Source: an uncultured Anaerolinea sp. (GTDB taxonomy: Bacteria > Chloroflexota > Anaerolineae > Anaerolineales > Anaerolineaceae). From it: 64,000 bases of DNA. The position numbers and the translations under genes were made by a program. The stretch covers positions 104,308-168,307 of the forward strand of contig CAZUXF010000003.1 of NCBI GenBank assembly GCA_964624535.1. Reading direction: 5' to 3'. The notes under the pieces were generated by a model, which was not told the origin of the DNA, made no database searches, and was given only the letters and a program-made list of their open reading frames with translations. Below, one piece after another: positions 28,899 through 38,835 of the stretch; the first letter of the stretch is position 1, and every line of letters begins with the position of its first letter.

Positions 28899-30155
28899 AT
28901 GGCAAACATGAATGACATCCTGGCCGTTATCCTGGGGGGTGGGCGTGGCTCACGACTTTTCCCATTAACCCAATTGCGGTCAAAACCCGCTGTGCCAATG
29001 GCCGGCCGGTATCGTTTGATCGACATTCCCATCAGCAACTGTATTAACTCGGGTATTCTGCGCATTGGCGTCTTGACCCAATTCAATTCCATTTCGCTGC
29101 ACCGCCATATCGTGCGCACCTATAACTTTGATGCGTTTCACCAGGGCTGGGTGCAGATCTGGGCAGCTGAACAAACCATGGGCAGCACGGACTGGTACCA
29201 GGGGACGGCTGACGCGGTGCGCAAACAGATATTCGAGATCAAAGCGACACGTGCCAAGTTTGTGCTCATCCTCGCAGGTGATCACCTTTACCGCATGGAT
29301 TATGACAAGATGGCCGAATTCCATTTTGGGCATGATGCAGATATTACTGTTGCCGTCCGCCCTGTGAACCGAGATGATGCCGGGCGTTTTGGAATCTTAA
29401 AACGAGACGCCAATCTAAATATCACCGATTTTTATGAAAAACCAAAAGACCCCGAAACCCTCGCTCGGATCGCAAGTCGGGATGATCCAGAAAAACCTTT
29501 CCTGGGGTCGATGGGGATCTACTTGTTTAAGACGGAGGTGTTGATTAACCTCCTTGAATCCTTTGAATACGATGATTTTGGCAGCCATGTCATCCCGGCC
29601 GCGATTAAAACCCATAAAGTGTTCGGTTATGACTTTGATGGTTATTGGGAAGACATCGGCACGATCCGTACTTTCTACGATACCAACCTGGCCCTGGCTT
29701 GCCCCAATCCACCGTTCAACTTCTTTGATCCGGCCAAACCCATTTACAGTCATCCGCGTTTTTTGCCAGGGTCGGTGATTCAAAACTCCCAAATGGAAGA
29801 TGTCTTATTGGCTGAGGGATGTTGCATTAGCAACGCCCGGATCGAACACTCGGTCATAGGCCTGAGAAGCCAGATCCGTGAAGGTGTGACGATCAAAGAC
29901 AGCATCCTGATGGGGAACGACTATTATGAACGGGATTGGGAATCTGAGGGGCGTAAACTTCCCCTGGTAATCGGCTCGGATTGTTACATCGAAGGCGCCA
30001 TTATCGACAAGAACGCGAGATTGGGACCAAATGTTACCATCCGTCCTTTCCCTCGGGGTGTGGATGTGGACGGTAACCCCTGGCTGGTTCGGGACGGCAT
30101 CGTGGTAATCCCAAAGAATGCCGAGATCCCGCCAGGCACCACCATTACGCCTTAA
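28899..30155 (+). CDS. glgC: glucose-1-phosphate adenylyltransferase
   Basis: AVILGGGRGSRLFPLTQLRSKPAVPMAGRYRLIDIPISNCINSGI signature plus a C-terminal left-handed beta-helix. Start set to ATG 28899. Confidence 0.85.
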   Translation: MANMNDILAVILGGGRGSRLFPLTQLRSKPAVPMAGRYRLIDIPISNCINSGILRIGVLTQFNSISLHRHIVRTYNFDAFHQGWVQIWAAEQTMGSTDWYQGTADAVRKQIFEIKATRAKFVLILAGDHLYRMDYDKMAEFHFGHDADITVAVRPVNRDDAGRFGILKRDANLNITDFYEKPKDPETLARIASRDDPEKPFLGSMGIYLFKTEVLINLLESFEYDDFGSHVIPAAIKTHKVFGYDFDGYWEDIGTIRTFYDTNLALACPNPPFNFFDPAKPIYSHPRFLPGSVIQNSQMEDVLLAEGCCISNARIEHSVIGLRSQIREGVTIKDSILMGNDYYERDWESEGRKLPLVIGSDCYIEGAIIDKNARLGPNVTIRPFPRGVDVDGNPWLVRDGIVVIPKNAEIPPGTTITP

Positions 30156-30189
30156 TTCAATTCTGATCAAAAAAACAGGAGCCCACAAA

Positions 30190-33039
30190 ATGAGTTCTCA
30201 ACCCCCAAATTCCGCGCCCAAAAAAGCGGAGGATTATTCGGTTACTTGGTACGCTCTTAGTCCTCACGAAGTTCTGGAGAAACTGGAAACCAAGCAAGAC
30301 CAAGGGTTATCCACCGCTGAGGTTGAACGCCGCCAGCAGATCCACGGCTTGAACCAGTTGCGCGAGAAACCGCGTCCATCGTTCTTGCAACTTGTTCTCG
30401 CCCAGTTAAAATCTTTTGTAGTGATCTTGTTGATCGTCGCCTCGGTAATCTCAATGATCCTGGGCGAGTGGGTAGATTCAGGCGCGATCTTGTTGATCGT
30501 GGTCTTAAACGCCATCCTGGGCGTGGTGCAGGAATCCCGGGCGGAAGAAGCCCTGGCCGCGTTGAAACGCATGGCTGCCCCTGATGCCCAGGTGTTGCGT
30601 GATGGCAAACGCCTGTCAATCCCGGCGGCCCAACTCGTACCCGGTGATATCGTTTACCTCGAGGCTGGCAATTTTGTTCCTGCTGACCTGCGCTTGTTGG
30701 AAGCCGTCAATATGCGGGTTGAAGAAGCCGCGCTCACCGGAGAATCCGTCCCGGTTCAAAAGAACGCGATGCTCACCCTCGAAGCCGGCTCCTCGCTGGG
30801 TGACCGCAAGAACACTGTCTTCATGGGAACCGTCATCTCTTACGGACGCGGACACGGAGTTGTTACCAGCACCGGGATGCATACTCAGTTGGGGTTGATC
30901 GCCAATATGCTTCAATCAGTGGCGGAAGAAGAAACCCCGCTTCAAAAACGGCTTGATCAACTTGGTAAAACTCTTGGCTGGGCTTGTTTGATCGTCTGCG
31001 CCGTGGTCTTCGGGGTCGGAATCCTCCAAGGTGGTAACCCCTTGGAATTGTTCATGATTGCCGTCAGTCTGGCAATCGCGGCCGTCCCTGAAGGATTGCC
31101 CGCTATCGTAACCATCAGCCTGGCGTTGGGAATGCGTGAAATGATCAAACGCCACGCACTCATTCGCCGGCTTTCCTCGGTGGAAACCCTGGGTTCTGCC
31201 ACTGTGATCTGTTCTGACAAGACCGGTACCCTTACCCAAAATGAAATGACAGTTACCCGCATCTGGGTGGACGGACAATTTATTGAAGTCACTGGCCAGG
31301 GGTACGACCCGCGCGGTGAGTTCCAGATCAATCAAAAAAATGTAGATCTTGATAAATTCCCCGCTGTTCGCACTGCGCTGTGGGTTGGCGCCATCAACAA
31401 CGATTCCGTGCTCGAAGAATCTCTCGAAGAGGGAGGCACCAGCCAATACCGCATGGTGGGTGACCCTACTGAAGGTTCAATTCTCGTGGCTGCTTACAAA
31501 GCCGGTGCAGGCTCAAAAGCATTAAGCAACGCCTACCCCCGGCGCAACGAGATCCCATTCGATTCAGACCGAAAGCGTATGGTCACCATTCATAGCATCG
31601 AAGATCCACGCCTGGAAGATATTTCGCCCTTCATCGATCAAACGTTTAAGAATAAACATGTCGTGGCGGTTAAAGGCGCGCCGGATGTAGTTTTGAAATT
31701 GTGTTCAAAGATCCAGTCCCTGGACAATCGTTCAGCACATCCGCTGGATGATGCCGCCCGCAACCAGATCCTGGAAGCTAACGACCAGATGACCCGTGGA
31801 GCCCTGCGTGTTTTGGGTGTCGCCTTCCGCCTGGAAGATGATCTGCCCGCGGAGCTGGTCAGCCATGAACTTGAAAAAGACCTCATCTTTGCTGGTTTGA
31901 TCGGCATGATCGACCCTGCAAGACCGGAGGTCAAACCCGCGCTGCTCACCGCCGCGAAAGCTGGCATCCGCACCTTGATGATCACCGGAGATTACCCCAA
32001 CACCGCGCGCGCGATTGCCGAAAGTATCGGTTTACTCCGCCCTGGGCACAAGGTTCTCACCGGCGCCCAATTAGACGAGATTGACGACAAGCAATTGCTC
32101 AAAGAAGTTGAACTGACTGACGTTTTCGCGCGGGTTTCACCCGAACACAAGATGCGGATCGTCAACGCCCTGCAAGCTAATGGAGAAGTGGTAGCGATGA
32201 CCGGCGACGGTGTCAACGATGCCCCGGCCATCAAACAGGCTGACATCGGTGTCTCGATGGGAATCACGGGCACAGACGTGGCCAAAGATACAGCCGACAT
32301 GGTACTCACCGATGACAACTACGTCAGCATTGTTTCGGCGGTTGAACAAGGCCGTATCATTTACGCGAACATTCGGAAGTTCGTCTACTACCTGATCTCT
32401 TGCAACCTGGGTGAAATTCTGATCATTTTCCTGCCAACCGCTTTTGGGCGTTTGCTCTTCCCGCAACTTACCACCGAGCAGCTTTCACCTCTCGTTCCAG
32501 TTCAATTGTTGTGGTTGAACCTGATTTCTGACGGCGCCCCAGCCCTGGCTCTCGGAACGGAAAAAGGTGACCCCGACATTATGGATCAAGCCCCACGCCC
32601 ACCCAAGGAACCGATCATCAATAAGCAGATGGCCATGGGCGTAGTCTTGCAGACTCTCGCGATCGCTGGTGTTACCCTCTTCGCTTTTTGGCGTGGGCTT
32701 ACCCATACGGAGCTACCCCTCGACCAACGCCTTCCGCTGGCTGAGACCATGGCCTTCGTTACCCTAAGCGCGTCAGAACTGCTGCGAGCCTTCACCGCCA
32801 GGTCCGAGAGATACCCACTTCTCAAGATCGGTATTTTCTCGAACAAGTGGATGAACCTGGCTGTCTTGGCTTCGCTCTTCTTGTTATTGTGTGTCGTTTA
32901 CATACCGTTCCTCAACCCGGTGTTTTCAACCACCCCGTTGAGTTTACGAGAGTGGACGCTCGTTCTTCCACTGCTGCTCATCCCCGCTATCGTGGCCGAA
33001 CTCACCAAGTGGCTGATCTACCGCAAAGCAAACAAGTAA
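30190..33039 (+). CDS. cation-translocating P-type ATPase (P2, Ca2+-ATPase-like)
   Basis: DKTGTLT phosphorylation site plus TGES, MITGD and GDGVNDAPAIK motifs, with 10 TM segments. ATG 30190 has SD CAGGAG. Confidence 0.85.
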   Translation: MSSQPPNSAPKKAEDYSVTWYALSPHEVLEKLETKQDQGLSTAEVERRQQIHGLNQLREKPRPSFLQLVLAQLKSFVVILLIVASVISMILGEWVDSGAILLIVVLNAILGVVQESRAEEALAALKRMAAPDAQVLRDGKRLSIPAAQLVPGDIVYLEAGNFVPADLRLLEAVNMRVEEAALTGESVPVQKNAMLTLEAGSSLGDRKNTVFMGTVISYGRGHGVVTSTGMHTQLGLIANMLQSVAEEETPLQKRLDQLGKTLGWACLIVCAVVFGVGILQGGNPLELFMIAVSLAIAAVPEGLPAIVTISLALGMREMIKRHALIRRLSSVETLGSATVICSDKTGTLTQNEMTVTRIWVDGQFIEVTGQGYDPRGEFQINQKNVDLDKFPAVRTALWVGAINNDSVLEESLEEGGTSQYRMVGDPTEGSILVAAYKAGAGSKALSNAYPRRNEIPFDSDRKRMVTIHSIEDPRLEDISPFIDQTFKNKHVVAVKGAPDVVLKLCSKIQSLDNRSAHPLDDAARNQILEANDQMTRGALRVLGVAFRLEDDLPAELVSHELEKDLIFAGLIGMIDPARPEVKPALLTAAKAGIRTLMITGDYPNTARAIAESIGLLRPGHKVLTGAQLDEIDDKQLLKEVELTDVFARVSPEHKMRIVNALQANGEVVAMTGDGVNDAPAIKQADIGVSMGITGTDVAKDTADMVLTDDNYVSIVSAVEQGRIIYANIRKFVYYLISCNLGEILIIFLPTAFGRLLFPQLTTEQLSPLVPVQLLWLNLISDGAPALALGTEKGDPDIMDQAPRPPKEPIINKQMAMGVVLQTLAIAGVTLFAFWRGLTHTELPLDQRLPLAETMAFVTLSASELLRAFTARSERYPLLKIGIFSNKWMNLAVLASLFLLLCVVYIPFLNPVFSTTPLSLREWTLVLPLLLIPAIVAELTKWLIYRKANK

Positions 33040-33062
33040 TTCATCTTGTTTCCCCGATTAAT

Positions 33063-33092
33063 AAACAGGTGAAGGAATTCCTTCACCTGTTT
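33063..33092. terminator. bidirectional terminator hairpin between P-type ATPase and rnhB
   Basis: 13-bp perfect stem AAACAGGTGAAGG/CCTTCACCTGTTT with loop AATT. Overlaps the rnhB stop codon. Confidence 0.6.
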
Positions 33093-33742
33093 AGAATATT
33101 GTCGACCAGTGGCTTAAAACTCAACCGGTGGATGGCGCACGCGCCTGTCGATTCAAGCGCTTGACGATGTTCTCGGGTACCATAACCTTTATGCCGGTCG
33201 AACCCGTAATTCGGAAATTGTTGATGGGCGTCGATCATCCAGGCATCCCGACTGGTTTTTGCCAGAATGGATGCCGCTGCGATACTCAAGCTGCGCTGGT
33301 CCCCTTTAATGAGCGAGGTTTGAGGTATCTCCACATCCGGCAGTAACAACGCGTCGATCAGGATGTGCTCCGGCTGAAAGTTCATTTGGGCGATCGCGCG
33401 CTCCATCGCCAATCGCGTGGCCTGGATGATGCCCTGACCATCTACTTCACTGTGGTCCGCGGTTCCAACTCCCCAGGTTAGCGCTACCGCTTTAATCTTT
33501 TCGGCAAGTACCTGGCGGGCTGTGGGGCTTACCTGTTTCGAATCACGCACCCCTGCCAATACTACTGAAACCTGCTCATCGCGCGGCAAGACAACTACAG
33601 CCGCGGTCACTGGCCCGGCCCAGGCACCTCGGCCAGCCTCGTCCAAGCCTGCCACCAAGTGCAAGCCTTGCGACCAATAAGATGATTCAAAATCGAGATT
33701 GGGGTTCGCGGGGATTAACCCGCTGTCAATGCGATTGGGCAT
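33083..33742 (-). CDS. rnhB: ribonuclease HII
   Basis: GLDEAGRGAWAGPVTAAVV catalytic motif and DSKQ. 219 aa. Confidence 0.9.
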   Translation of the reverse strand: MPNRIDSGLIPANPNLDFESSYWSQGLHLVAGLDEAGRGAWAGPVTAAVVVLPRDEQVSVVLAGVRDSKQVSPTARQVLAEKIKAVALTWGVGTADHSEVDGQGIIQATRLAMERAIAQMNFQPEHILIDALLLPDVEIPQTSLIKGDQRSLSIAAASILAKTSRDAWMIDAHQQFPNYGFDRHKGYGTREHRQALESTGACAIHRLSFKPLVDNILNR

Positions 33743-33746
33743 GCGT

Positions 33747-34463
33747 TTAATGATGTAGATTGCGGCGAATCTTGATCAATTCAAGCACCGTACGTGCGAA
33801 ATCTCTGACCACCCTCACCTTGGAGCGTTCCCCATAGGTCCAGGTCACGGGCACTTCGTGAATTTTTAAACCGATTTGTTTGGCGATCGCCAGGGTTTCC
33901 ACATCAAAGGTCCAGCCGTGGATCGTCTGCAAAGGGAATAGTTTTTCAGCCGCTTCAGCGGTAAAACACTTGAACCCGCATTGTGTGTCTTTAATTCCTT
34001 TAAAGTTGAGCACCCAAACGAACAGGTTAAAAACACGACCGATCAGGTGGCGGTAATAGGGTTCGCCAATTCGCACAGCCCCCTTTGCCTCGCGTGATGC
34101 GATGGCAATATCCACTCCGTTGAGTTGGGGAGGGAGAAATTTCGGGATCTGGTCGATGGGCATTGAAAAGTCAACATCACAGAAGAAGCGGAACTTCCCC
34201 TTTGCCGCCAACATGCCGGTTTTAACGGCCAGTCCCTTGCCGGGACGTTCTTCGTGAAGCACGGTAACATACTCACGTTCGCTGGCATAATGGCGCGCCA
34301 AATCGAGGGTTGCATCACTGCTCGCGTTTTCAACGATGACCACCTCTACAGAAAAGGGTTGCGACTGGATGAAATCGTCGACAAGTTTGAGGCTTTCCGG
34401 CAAGCGCTGCTCTTCGTTGTGAGCCGGCAAGACAAGTGAGAGAAAGGGATTTTTGTTTTTCAT
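33747..34463 (-). CDS. family 2 glycosyltransferase (polyprenyl-phosphate glycosyltransferase-like)
   Basis: LSLVLPAHNEE... and a DVD motif typical of GT2 GT-A enzymes. Confidence 0.75.
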   Translation of the reverse strand: MKNKNPFLSLVLPAHNEEQRLPESLKLVDDFIQSQPFSVEVVIVENASSDATLDLARHYASEREYVTVLHEERPGKGLAVKTGMLAAKGKFRFFCDVDFSMPIDQIPKFLPPQLNGVDIAIASREAKGAVRIGEPYYRHLIGRVFNLFVWVLNFKGIKDTQCGFKCFTAEAAEKLFPLQTIHGWTFDVETLAIAKQIGLKIHEVPVTWTYGERSKVRVVRDFARTVLELIKIRRNLHH

Positions 34464-34591
34464 GGATTTAATCTACCCAAGAATTGATTATATCTTAGTC
34501 GAAGTAAATTCAATTCCACCCTTAACTGAAAATCCAGGCTATCCCTTTAGTTTGAATTCGTTTTGAATCATTGAGAATGTTGATTTAAAGT

Positions 34592-34641
34592 ATTGTCGGG
34601 GTGGGCGGACTTTATCATCCCTGGATGGGAGAACCGCCGGC
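34592..34641 (-). pseudogene. fragment of tRNA-Pro (3' half, interrupted)
   Basis: 34592-34612 is identical to 34667-34687 (4 nt of 3' flank, acceptor 3' strand and part of the T-arm). After an 18-nt insert, 34631-34641 matches 34688-34698. Confidence 0.7.
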
Positions 34642-34670
34642 TTGCTTAACAAGTGAGTTTAATAGAATTG

Positions 34671-34743
34671 TCGGGGTGGGCGGACTTGAACCGCCGGCCC
34701 CCGCGTCCCAAACGCGGTGCGCTGCCAACTGCGCTACACCCCG
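34671..34743 (-). tRNA. tRNA-Pro (anticodon TGG)
   Basis: Reverse complement CGGGGTGTAGCGCAGTTGGCAGCGCACCGCGTTTGGGACGCGGGGGCCGGCGGTTCAAGTCCGCCCACCCCGA. Canonical cloverleaf with anticodon loop TTTGGGA. Confidence 0.9.
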
Positions 34744-34798
34744 AACCTCTAGAGTATAATCTGAAGCAGTATGAACCGTCAAGGAACCCACATCTGCC

Positions 34799-35716
34799 AT
34801 GGTTGAACCGTCTTCTCGTCGCGCCCCGCGCCCCGCGGTATTAAACGTCATTCTCGCGCTGGCTTGGATGCTGTCCTCCTGTAACCTCTCCCCTTCTGAT
34901 GCAATAGGAGCCACGCTTCAACCCACCCAAGCCACCCAAACGATGGCCGCGGCGCAAACTCTTGCCCAATTCACCCCAGCGGTGACCCTTCAGCCTTGCC
35001 TGGAGACGACCGGAACGATTATCGACGACGCGGCACCTTCTGAGGTGCTCAACGAACCCGTCGTGGTAAAAGTGTATCTTCCCGCTTGCTACCAATCTTC
35101 ACCCGAACGCACATACCCTGTACTTTACTTGCTGCACGGCCAATCCAATTCGAATGACCAGTGGGAACGTCTGGGTTTATTCAACGCCGCGGATGAACTG
35201 ATCGCCGCTAAGGTCATTCCTCCCTTCATCATTGTGCTGCCCAGCGAGTTGCGGTCCAACCAGGACCCCTACCAATCAAAATTTGAAGCGGTCATCCTTG
35301 AGGATGTGCTTCCATATATCGAAGAGGTTTATCGTGTTTGCCCAGGGCGTGCTTGCCGCGCGATCGGGGGTCTGTCTCGCGGGGGTAATTGGGCGGTGCA
35401 TATTGGGCTCTCTAACCCCGACAAATTTATCGCGGTCGGCGCGCACAGCACCCCTCTTTTTTATGGTGAAATATCCAATCTTTATAAAATCGCGGGTCTG
35501 GACAACAATAGTACGAGTTTCCCCGCACTTTTCATCGACGTTGGCAACAAGGATGAAGACCTGAACGACGTTAAAACCTTTGTGACCACGCTTAAGAAAC
35601 TGACCATCCCTTATCAGTTTTCCGAATTTCTCGGTTACCATGATGAAAACTATTGGCGCGCGCACGTGACCGAATACCTGCGTTGGTACTCGGCTCAATT
35701 CGATACGGCACGTTAG
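34799..35716 (+). CDS. putative esterase family lipoprotein
   Basis: Lipobox-like signal (…LALAWMLSSC). YPVLYLLHG and GGLSRGG motifs of the esterase D/enterochelin-esterase-like family. Confidence 0.65.
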   Translation: MVEPSSRRAPRPAVLNVILALAWMLSSCNLSPSDAIGATLQPTQATQTMAAAQTLAQFTPAVTLQPCLETTGTIIDDAAPSEVLNEPVVVKVYLPACYQSSPERTYPVLYLLHGQSNSNDQWERLGLFNAADELIAAKVIPPFIIVLPSELRSNQDPYQSKFEAVILEDVLPYIEEVYRVCPGRACRAIGGLSRGGNWAVHIGLSNPDKFIAVGAHSTPLFYGEISNLYKIAGLDNNSTSFPALFIDVGNKDEDLNDVKTFVTTLKKLTIPYQFSEFLGYHDENYWRAHVTEYLRWYSAQFDTAR

Positions 35717-35733
35717 ATTTCTCGAAATCTGAT

Positions 35734-35770
35734 ATAAAAAAAGCCGGCTAAGACCGGCTTAATTATTTAA
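35734..35770. terminator. bidirectional terminator
   Basis: Stem AAGCCGG/CCGGCTT flanked by an A7 run upstream and a T-rich tract downstream. Lies between the convergent esterase and yjjX genes. Confidence 0.6.
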
Positions 35771-35791
35771 AACTTCTTTACAAATCGAGAG

Positions 35792-36319
35792 CTAATAGAG
35801 ATCAGGGTTTTTAAATGGAATCAGCGCGAAAATAACCGCGGGGACATAGAGGTTCAAGCGGTCGACCGCGTCGCCGGTCAACAAACCGATAGCGCCGTTG
35901 GTCTGTTTGGAATTATTTCTTGAAAAAATTTGGTCGTCTGCCTCTCCCAATTCCACACCCTGCCGCACGAGTTCAGCCACATTTTCCGGAAGAAAAAACT
36001 CGCCGCTGCGCCCCACTCCACGCCGGCCTTCAGACAGAACCACCACCCAGGCAAAGCCGCTCAAGTGAGCGCCCCTGTCCATCACGCCGCCTTCAATGCC
36101 CACCCAAAAATCAGCTTCGGGCATCATGTCCATGGCTTGCAACGCTCGCGCGTCCGCGCCTTCCAGGGTTTCATCATCTGTCATCGGTTGTTCGGATACT
36201 TTTGACTCCACCTTAACCGTTCTCACCTCGAAAGATTCATGCGGGAACATGCGTTTAAAACCATCCAGGGTGGCTTTCAATTTCACAGGGTTGGTGGACG
36301 CGACACACACGATGTTCAT
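35792..36319 (-). CDS. yjjX: inosine/xanthosine triphosphatase (YjjX, DUF84 NTPase)
   Basis: MNIVCVASTNPVKLKA...EQP...EADFWVGIEGG... aligns with E. coli YjjX along its full length. ATG 36319 has SD GAGGAG. Confidence 0.8.
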   Translation of the reverse strand: MNIVCVASTNPVKLKATLDGFKRMFPHESFEVRTVKVESKVSEQPMTDDETLEGADARALQAMDMMPEADFWVGIEGGVMDRGAHLSGFAWVVVLSEGRRGVGRSGEFFLPENVAELVRQGVELGEADDQIFSRNNSKQTNGAIGLLTGDAVDRLNLYVPAVIFALIPFKNPDLY

Positions 36320-36388
36320 TGGCACTCCTCATTTCAGGATAGGATCACCGCCTTCGCGGTTCTCTTATTTTATCCGATAACCGGCTGC

Positions 36389-36434
36389 AAAACAAAAGAG
36401 GGCGGCTGATGGTTTCCCACCAACGTCCGCCCTC
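36389..36434 (-). terminator. intrinsic terminator after DUF4332 gene
   Basis: Stem GAGGGCGG/CCGCCCTC followed on the minus strand by TTTTGTTTT. Confidence 0.55.
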
Positions 36435-36452
36435 GAGTAAACCTGAAAACGT

Positions 36453-36857
36453 TTAGTAACTGACTTTGCGGGGTAGTTTCTTAGCCTGGTCCACCCAGTC
36501 CGAGATTTGTTCGGCGGTGGGCATTTTGCGCACCAGTTTTTTCTTGTCGTTCACTTCGACCATCTTGTCGAACAGATTCTTGGGAACCCGTTTGGATAAT
36601 TCCACAATGGTGTCCACACCGGCTTCTTCCAGCAGGTCGGAATACTCACTACCAACGCCTTTGATGCGATACAGATCCGATAGGTTCACCCATTCCAGGA
36701 TCAAGGCATCGCCGATGCCGGTTTTCTCAGCCAATTCCTTGCGTCCCTTGGGGGTTGCGCCTGCATCCAACAACGCGTCCGTGGTTTTAATGCCAATACC
36801 AGCAAGTTTCTTCTTGTACGCGGGTCCGATCCCTTCTACATCCATGATACTAGGCAT
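36453..36857 (-). CDS. DUF4332 domain protein (helix-hairpin-helix repeats)
   Basis: VEGIGPAYKKKLAGIGIKT and IKGVGSEYSDLLEEAGVDT HhH-like repeats. 134 aa. Confidence 0.65.
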   Translation of the reverse strand: MPSIMDVEGIGPAYKKKLAGIGIKTTDALLDAGATPKGRKELAEKTGIGDALILEWVNLSDLYRIKGVGSEYSDLLEEAGVDTIVELSKRVPKNLFDKMVEVNDKKKLVRKMPTAEQISDWVDQAKKLPRKVSY

Positions 36858-36986
36858 ATTCTTCCTCCTGTTTCAATAGTTGGACAAAAACGATAAGCAG
36901 TTATTAGTATAGACCGAAATTCTTGTGGTTGCAACCACAAAGCAACGTGCAACTATGCAATGGGTCCCTCGTGTATAATACCTTCC

Positions 36987-37274
36987 ATGAGTCTAACGTT
37001 ACGTGAAGTGGAACACATCGCCAGCCTCGCGCGGTTGGAGTTGACGGAATTAGAAATGGAAAAATACCGTCAGCAACTATCGGCGATCCTGGATTATGTG
37101 ACCATGCTGCAGGAATTGGACACTTCCGACATCCCTCCGACTTCCAGTGTTTTGCCAGCCGGAGGAGAGTTACGCCTAGATGCCGCCGGAATTTCGCTGC
37201 CCACTTCTGTTTTACTTAAGAACGCGCCTGACACCTTCAACGCGCAATTCCGTGTTCCCCCGGTGATGGAATGA
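36987..37274 (+). CDS. gatC: Asp/Glu-tRNA amidotransferase subunit C
   Basis: MSLTLREVEHIASLARLELTELEMEKYRQQLSAILDYV is the typical GatC sequence. ATGA overlap with gatA. Start moved to ATG 36987. Confidence 0.85.
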   Translation: MSLTLREVEHIASLARLELTELEMEKYRQQLSAILDYVTMLQELDTSDIPPTSSVLPAGGELRLDAAGISLPTSVLLKNAPDTFNAQFRVPPVME

Positions 37275-38749
37275 AGACTGACCTCACCACGCTTTCTCTC
37301 ATTAACATGCAATCCGGCTTGCGCGCCGGGGATTTTACCAGCCACGATCTTGTTTCAGCGCACCTCGAGCGCATCCAACGACTCGAACCCACGCTTCGAG
37401 CGTTTATCACCTTGACCACCGACCGCGCCCTGCGAGAAGCACGCCTTGCGGATGAGCGCATTTCAACGTCTCGCAAACACAACCAGCTGGCGGTGCTTCC
37501 CCCTCTAACGGGCATTCCCATCGCGGTCAAAGATTTGATCACGGTGGCCGGGGTGCGCTGCACCTGCGGCTCGAATGTTTTGGGAGACTGGGAATCGCCC
37601 TTCACGGCCACCGCTGTGCAACGTCTCTTTGACGCCGGCGCGATTTTGATCGGCAAGACCAACACGGACGAATTTGCCATGGGTTCCTCCACCGAGTCTT
37701 CGGCGTTTGGCCCGACCCACAATCCATGGGATGTCTCACGCGTACCGGGTGGATCCTCAGGCGGCAGCGCCGCGGCTGTGGCGGCCCGGCTTGTCCCTGT
37801 TGCCATCGGCTCGGACACAGGCGGTTCGGTGCGTCAGCCCGCCGCGTTTTGCGGGGTGACCGGTATCAAACCCACCTACGGGCGTGTCTCGCGTTACGGA
37901 CTGGTGGCTTACGGTTCCTCGCTGGATTCGATGGGGGTCTTCGCGCGCAGCGCGGAAGACGCCGCGATCTTGTTGCAGGTCATGTCCGGTTTTGACCCGC
38001 TCGACGCCACTTCTTCCAGCCAGCCCGTGGCGGAACTCACAGACTCACTCAATGACTTGAAGGGTGTTCGGGTAGGGGTGCCCAGGGAATATTTTCTTGA
38101 AGGAATTCAACCGGAAGTCTCCGAGCGCATACAGGTCGCGATCGACCAATTCAAAAACCTCGGCGCGGAGATTATCCCAATCTCTCTACCACACACTCGC
38201 TTCGCCTTGCCGGTGTATTACCTTATCGCCCCGGCCGAAGCCTCCGCCAACCTGGCGCGCTACGATGGCGTCCGTTTCGGCAAACGGGACGCTTCGGGAT
38301 CGCTCCTCAGCATGTTTCGCAAAACCCGCGGCCAGGGCTTTGGACCTGAGGTGAAAAGGCGCATCATGCTTGGCACCTACGCCCTTTCAGCCGGGTATTA
38401 TGACGCGTTTTACGGCCAGGCACAAAAAGTGCGCACCCTGATCAAACGTGATTTTGAACTTGCCTTTGAAACTGTGGACGTGATCGCCTGCCCGGTGACA
38501 CCCACCACCGCTTTTAAGATCGGTGGGCACGGAGACGACCCCCTATCGATGTATCTCGAAGACGTCTTCACCCTCCCCGCCAACCTGGCCGGGGTACCCG
38601 GCATCGCCTTCCCCGTGGGGCAGGATAGCGACAACCTGCCGGTGGGTATGCAGTTGATGGGGCGTCCGTTTGAAGAAGAGTTGCTTATTAAGGTCGTCAA
38701 GGTTTATCAAAAGACCACCGAACACCACATACAATTTTCGTCTTTGTAG
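37271..38749 (+). CDS. gatA: Asp/Glu-tRNA amidotransferase subunit A
   Basis: Amidase signature GGSSGGSAAAVAA and IGSDTGGSVRQPAAFCG. Confidence 0.9.
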   Translation: MKTDLTTLSLINMQSGLRAGDFTSHDLVSAHLERIQRLEPTLRAFITLTTDRALREARLADERISTSRKHNQLAVLPPLTGIPIAVKDLITVAGVRCTCGSNVLGDWESPFTATAVQRLFDAGAILIGKTNTDEFAMGSSTESSAFGPTHNPWDVSRVPGGSSGGSAAAVAARLVPVAIGSDTGGSVRQPAAFCGVTGIKPTYGRVSRYGLVAYGSSLDSMGVFARSAEDAAILLQVMSGFDPLDATSSSQPVAELTDSLNDLKGVRVGVPREYFLEGIQPEVSERIQVAIDQFKNLGAEIIPISLPHTRFALPVYYLIAPAEASANLARYDGVRFGKRDASGSLLSMFRKTRGQGFGPEVKRRIMLGTYALSAGYYDAFYGQAQKVRTLIKRDFELAFETVDVIACPVTPTTAFKIGGHGDDPLSMYLEDVFTLPANLAGVPGIAFPVGQDSDNLPVGMQLMGRPFEEELLIKVVKVYQKTTEHHIQFSSL

Positions 38750-38835
38750 TTTTTTCTTCCAGTAATTAAGCGATTGTAAGAACCATGAAACTCCTTTATT
38801 GATTTTTACGTATATTTAGATATGGAGGAAGAATA

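Noticed and set aside
34615-34914. 99-aa minus-strand ORF and 63-aa plus-strand ORF over tRNA-Pro
   Set aside because: They overlap the tRNA gene and its duplicated fragment and have no coding signals.
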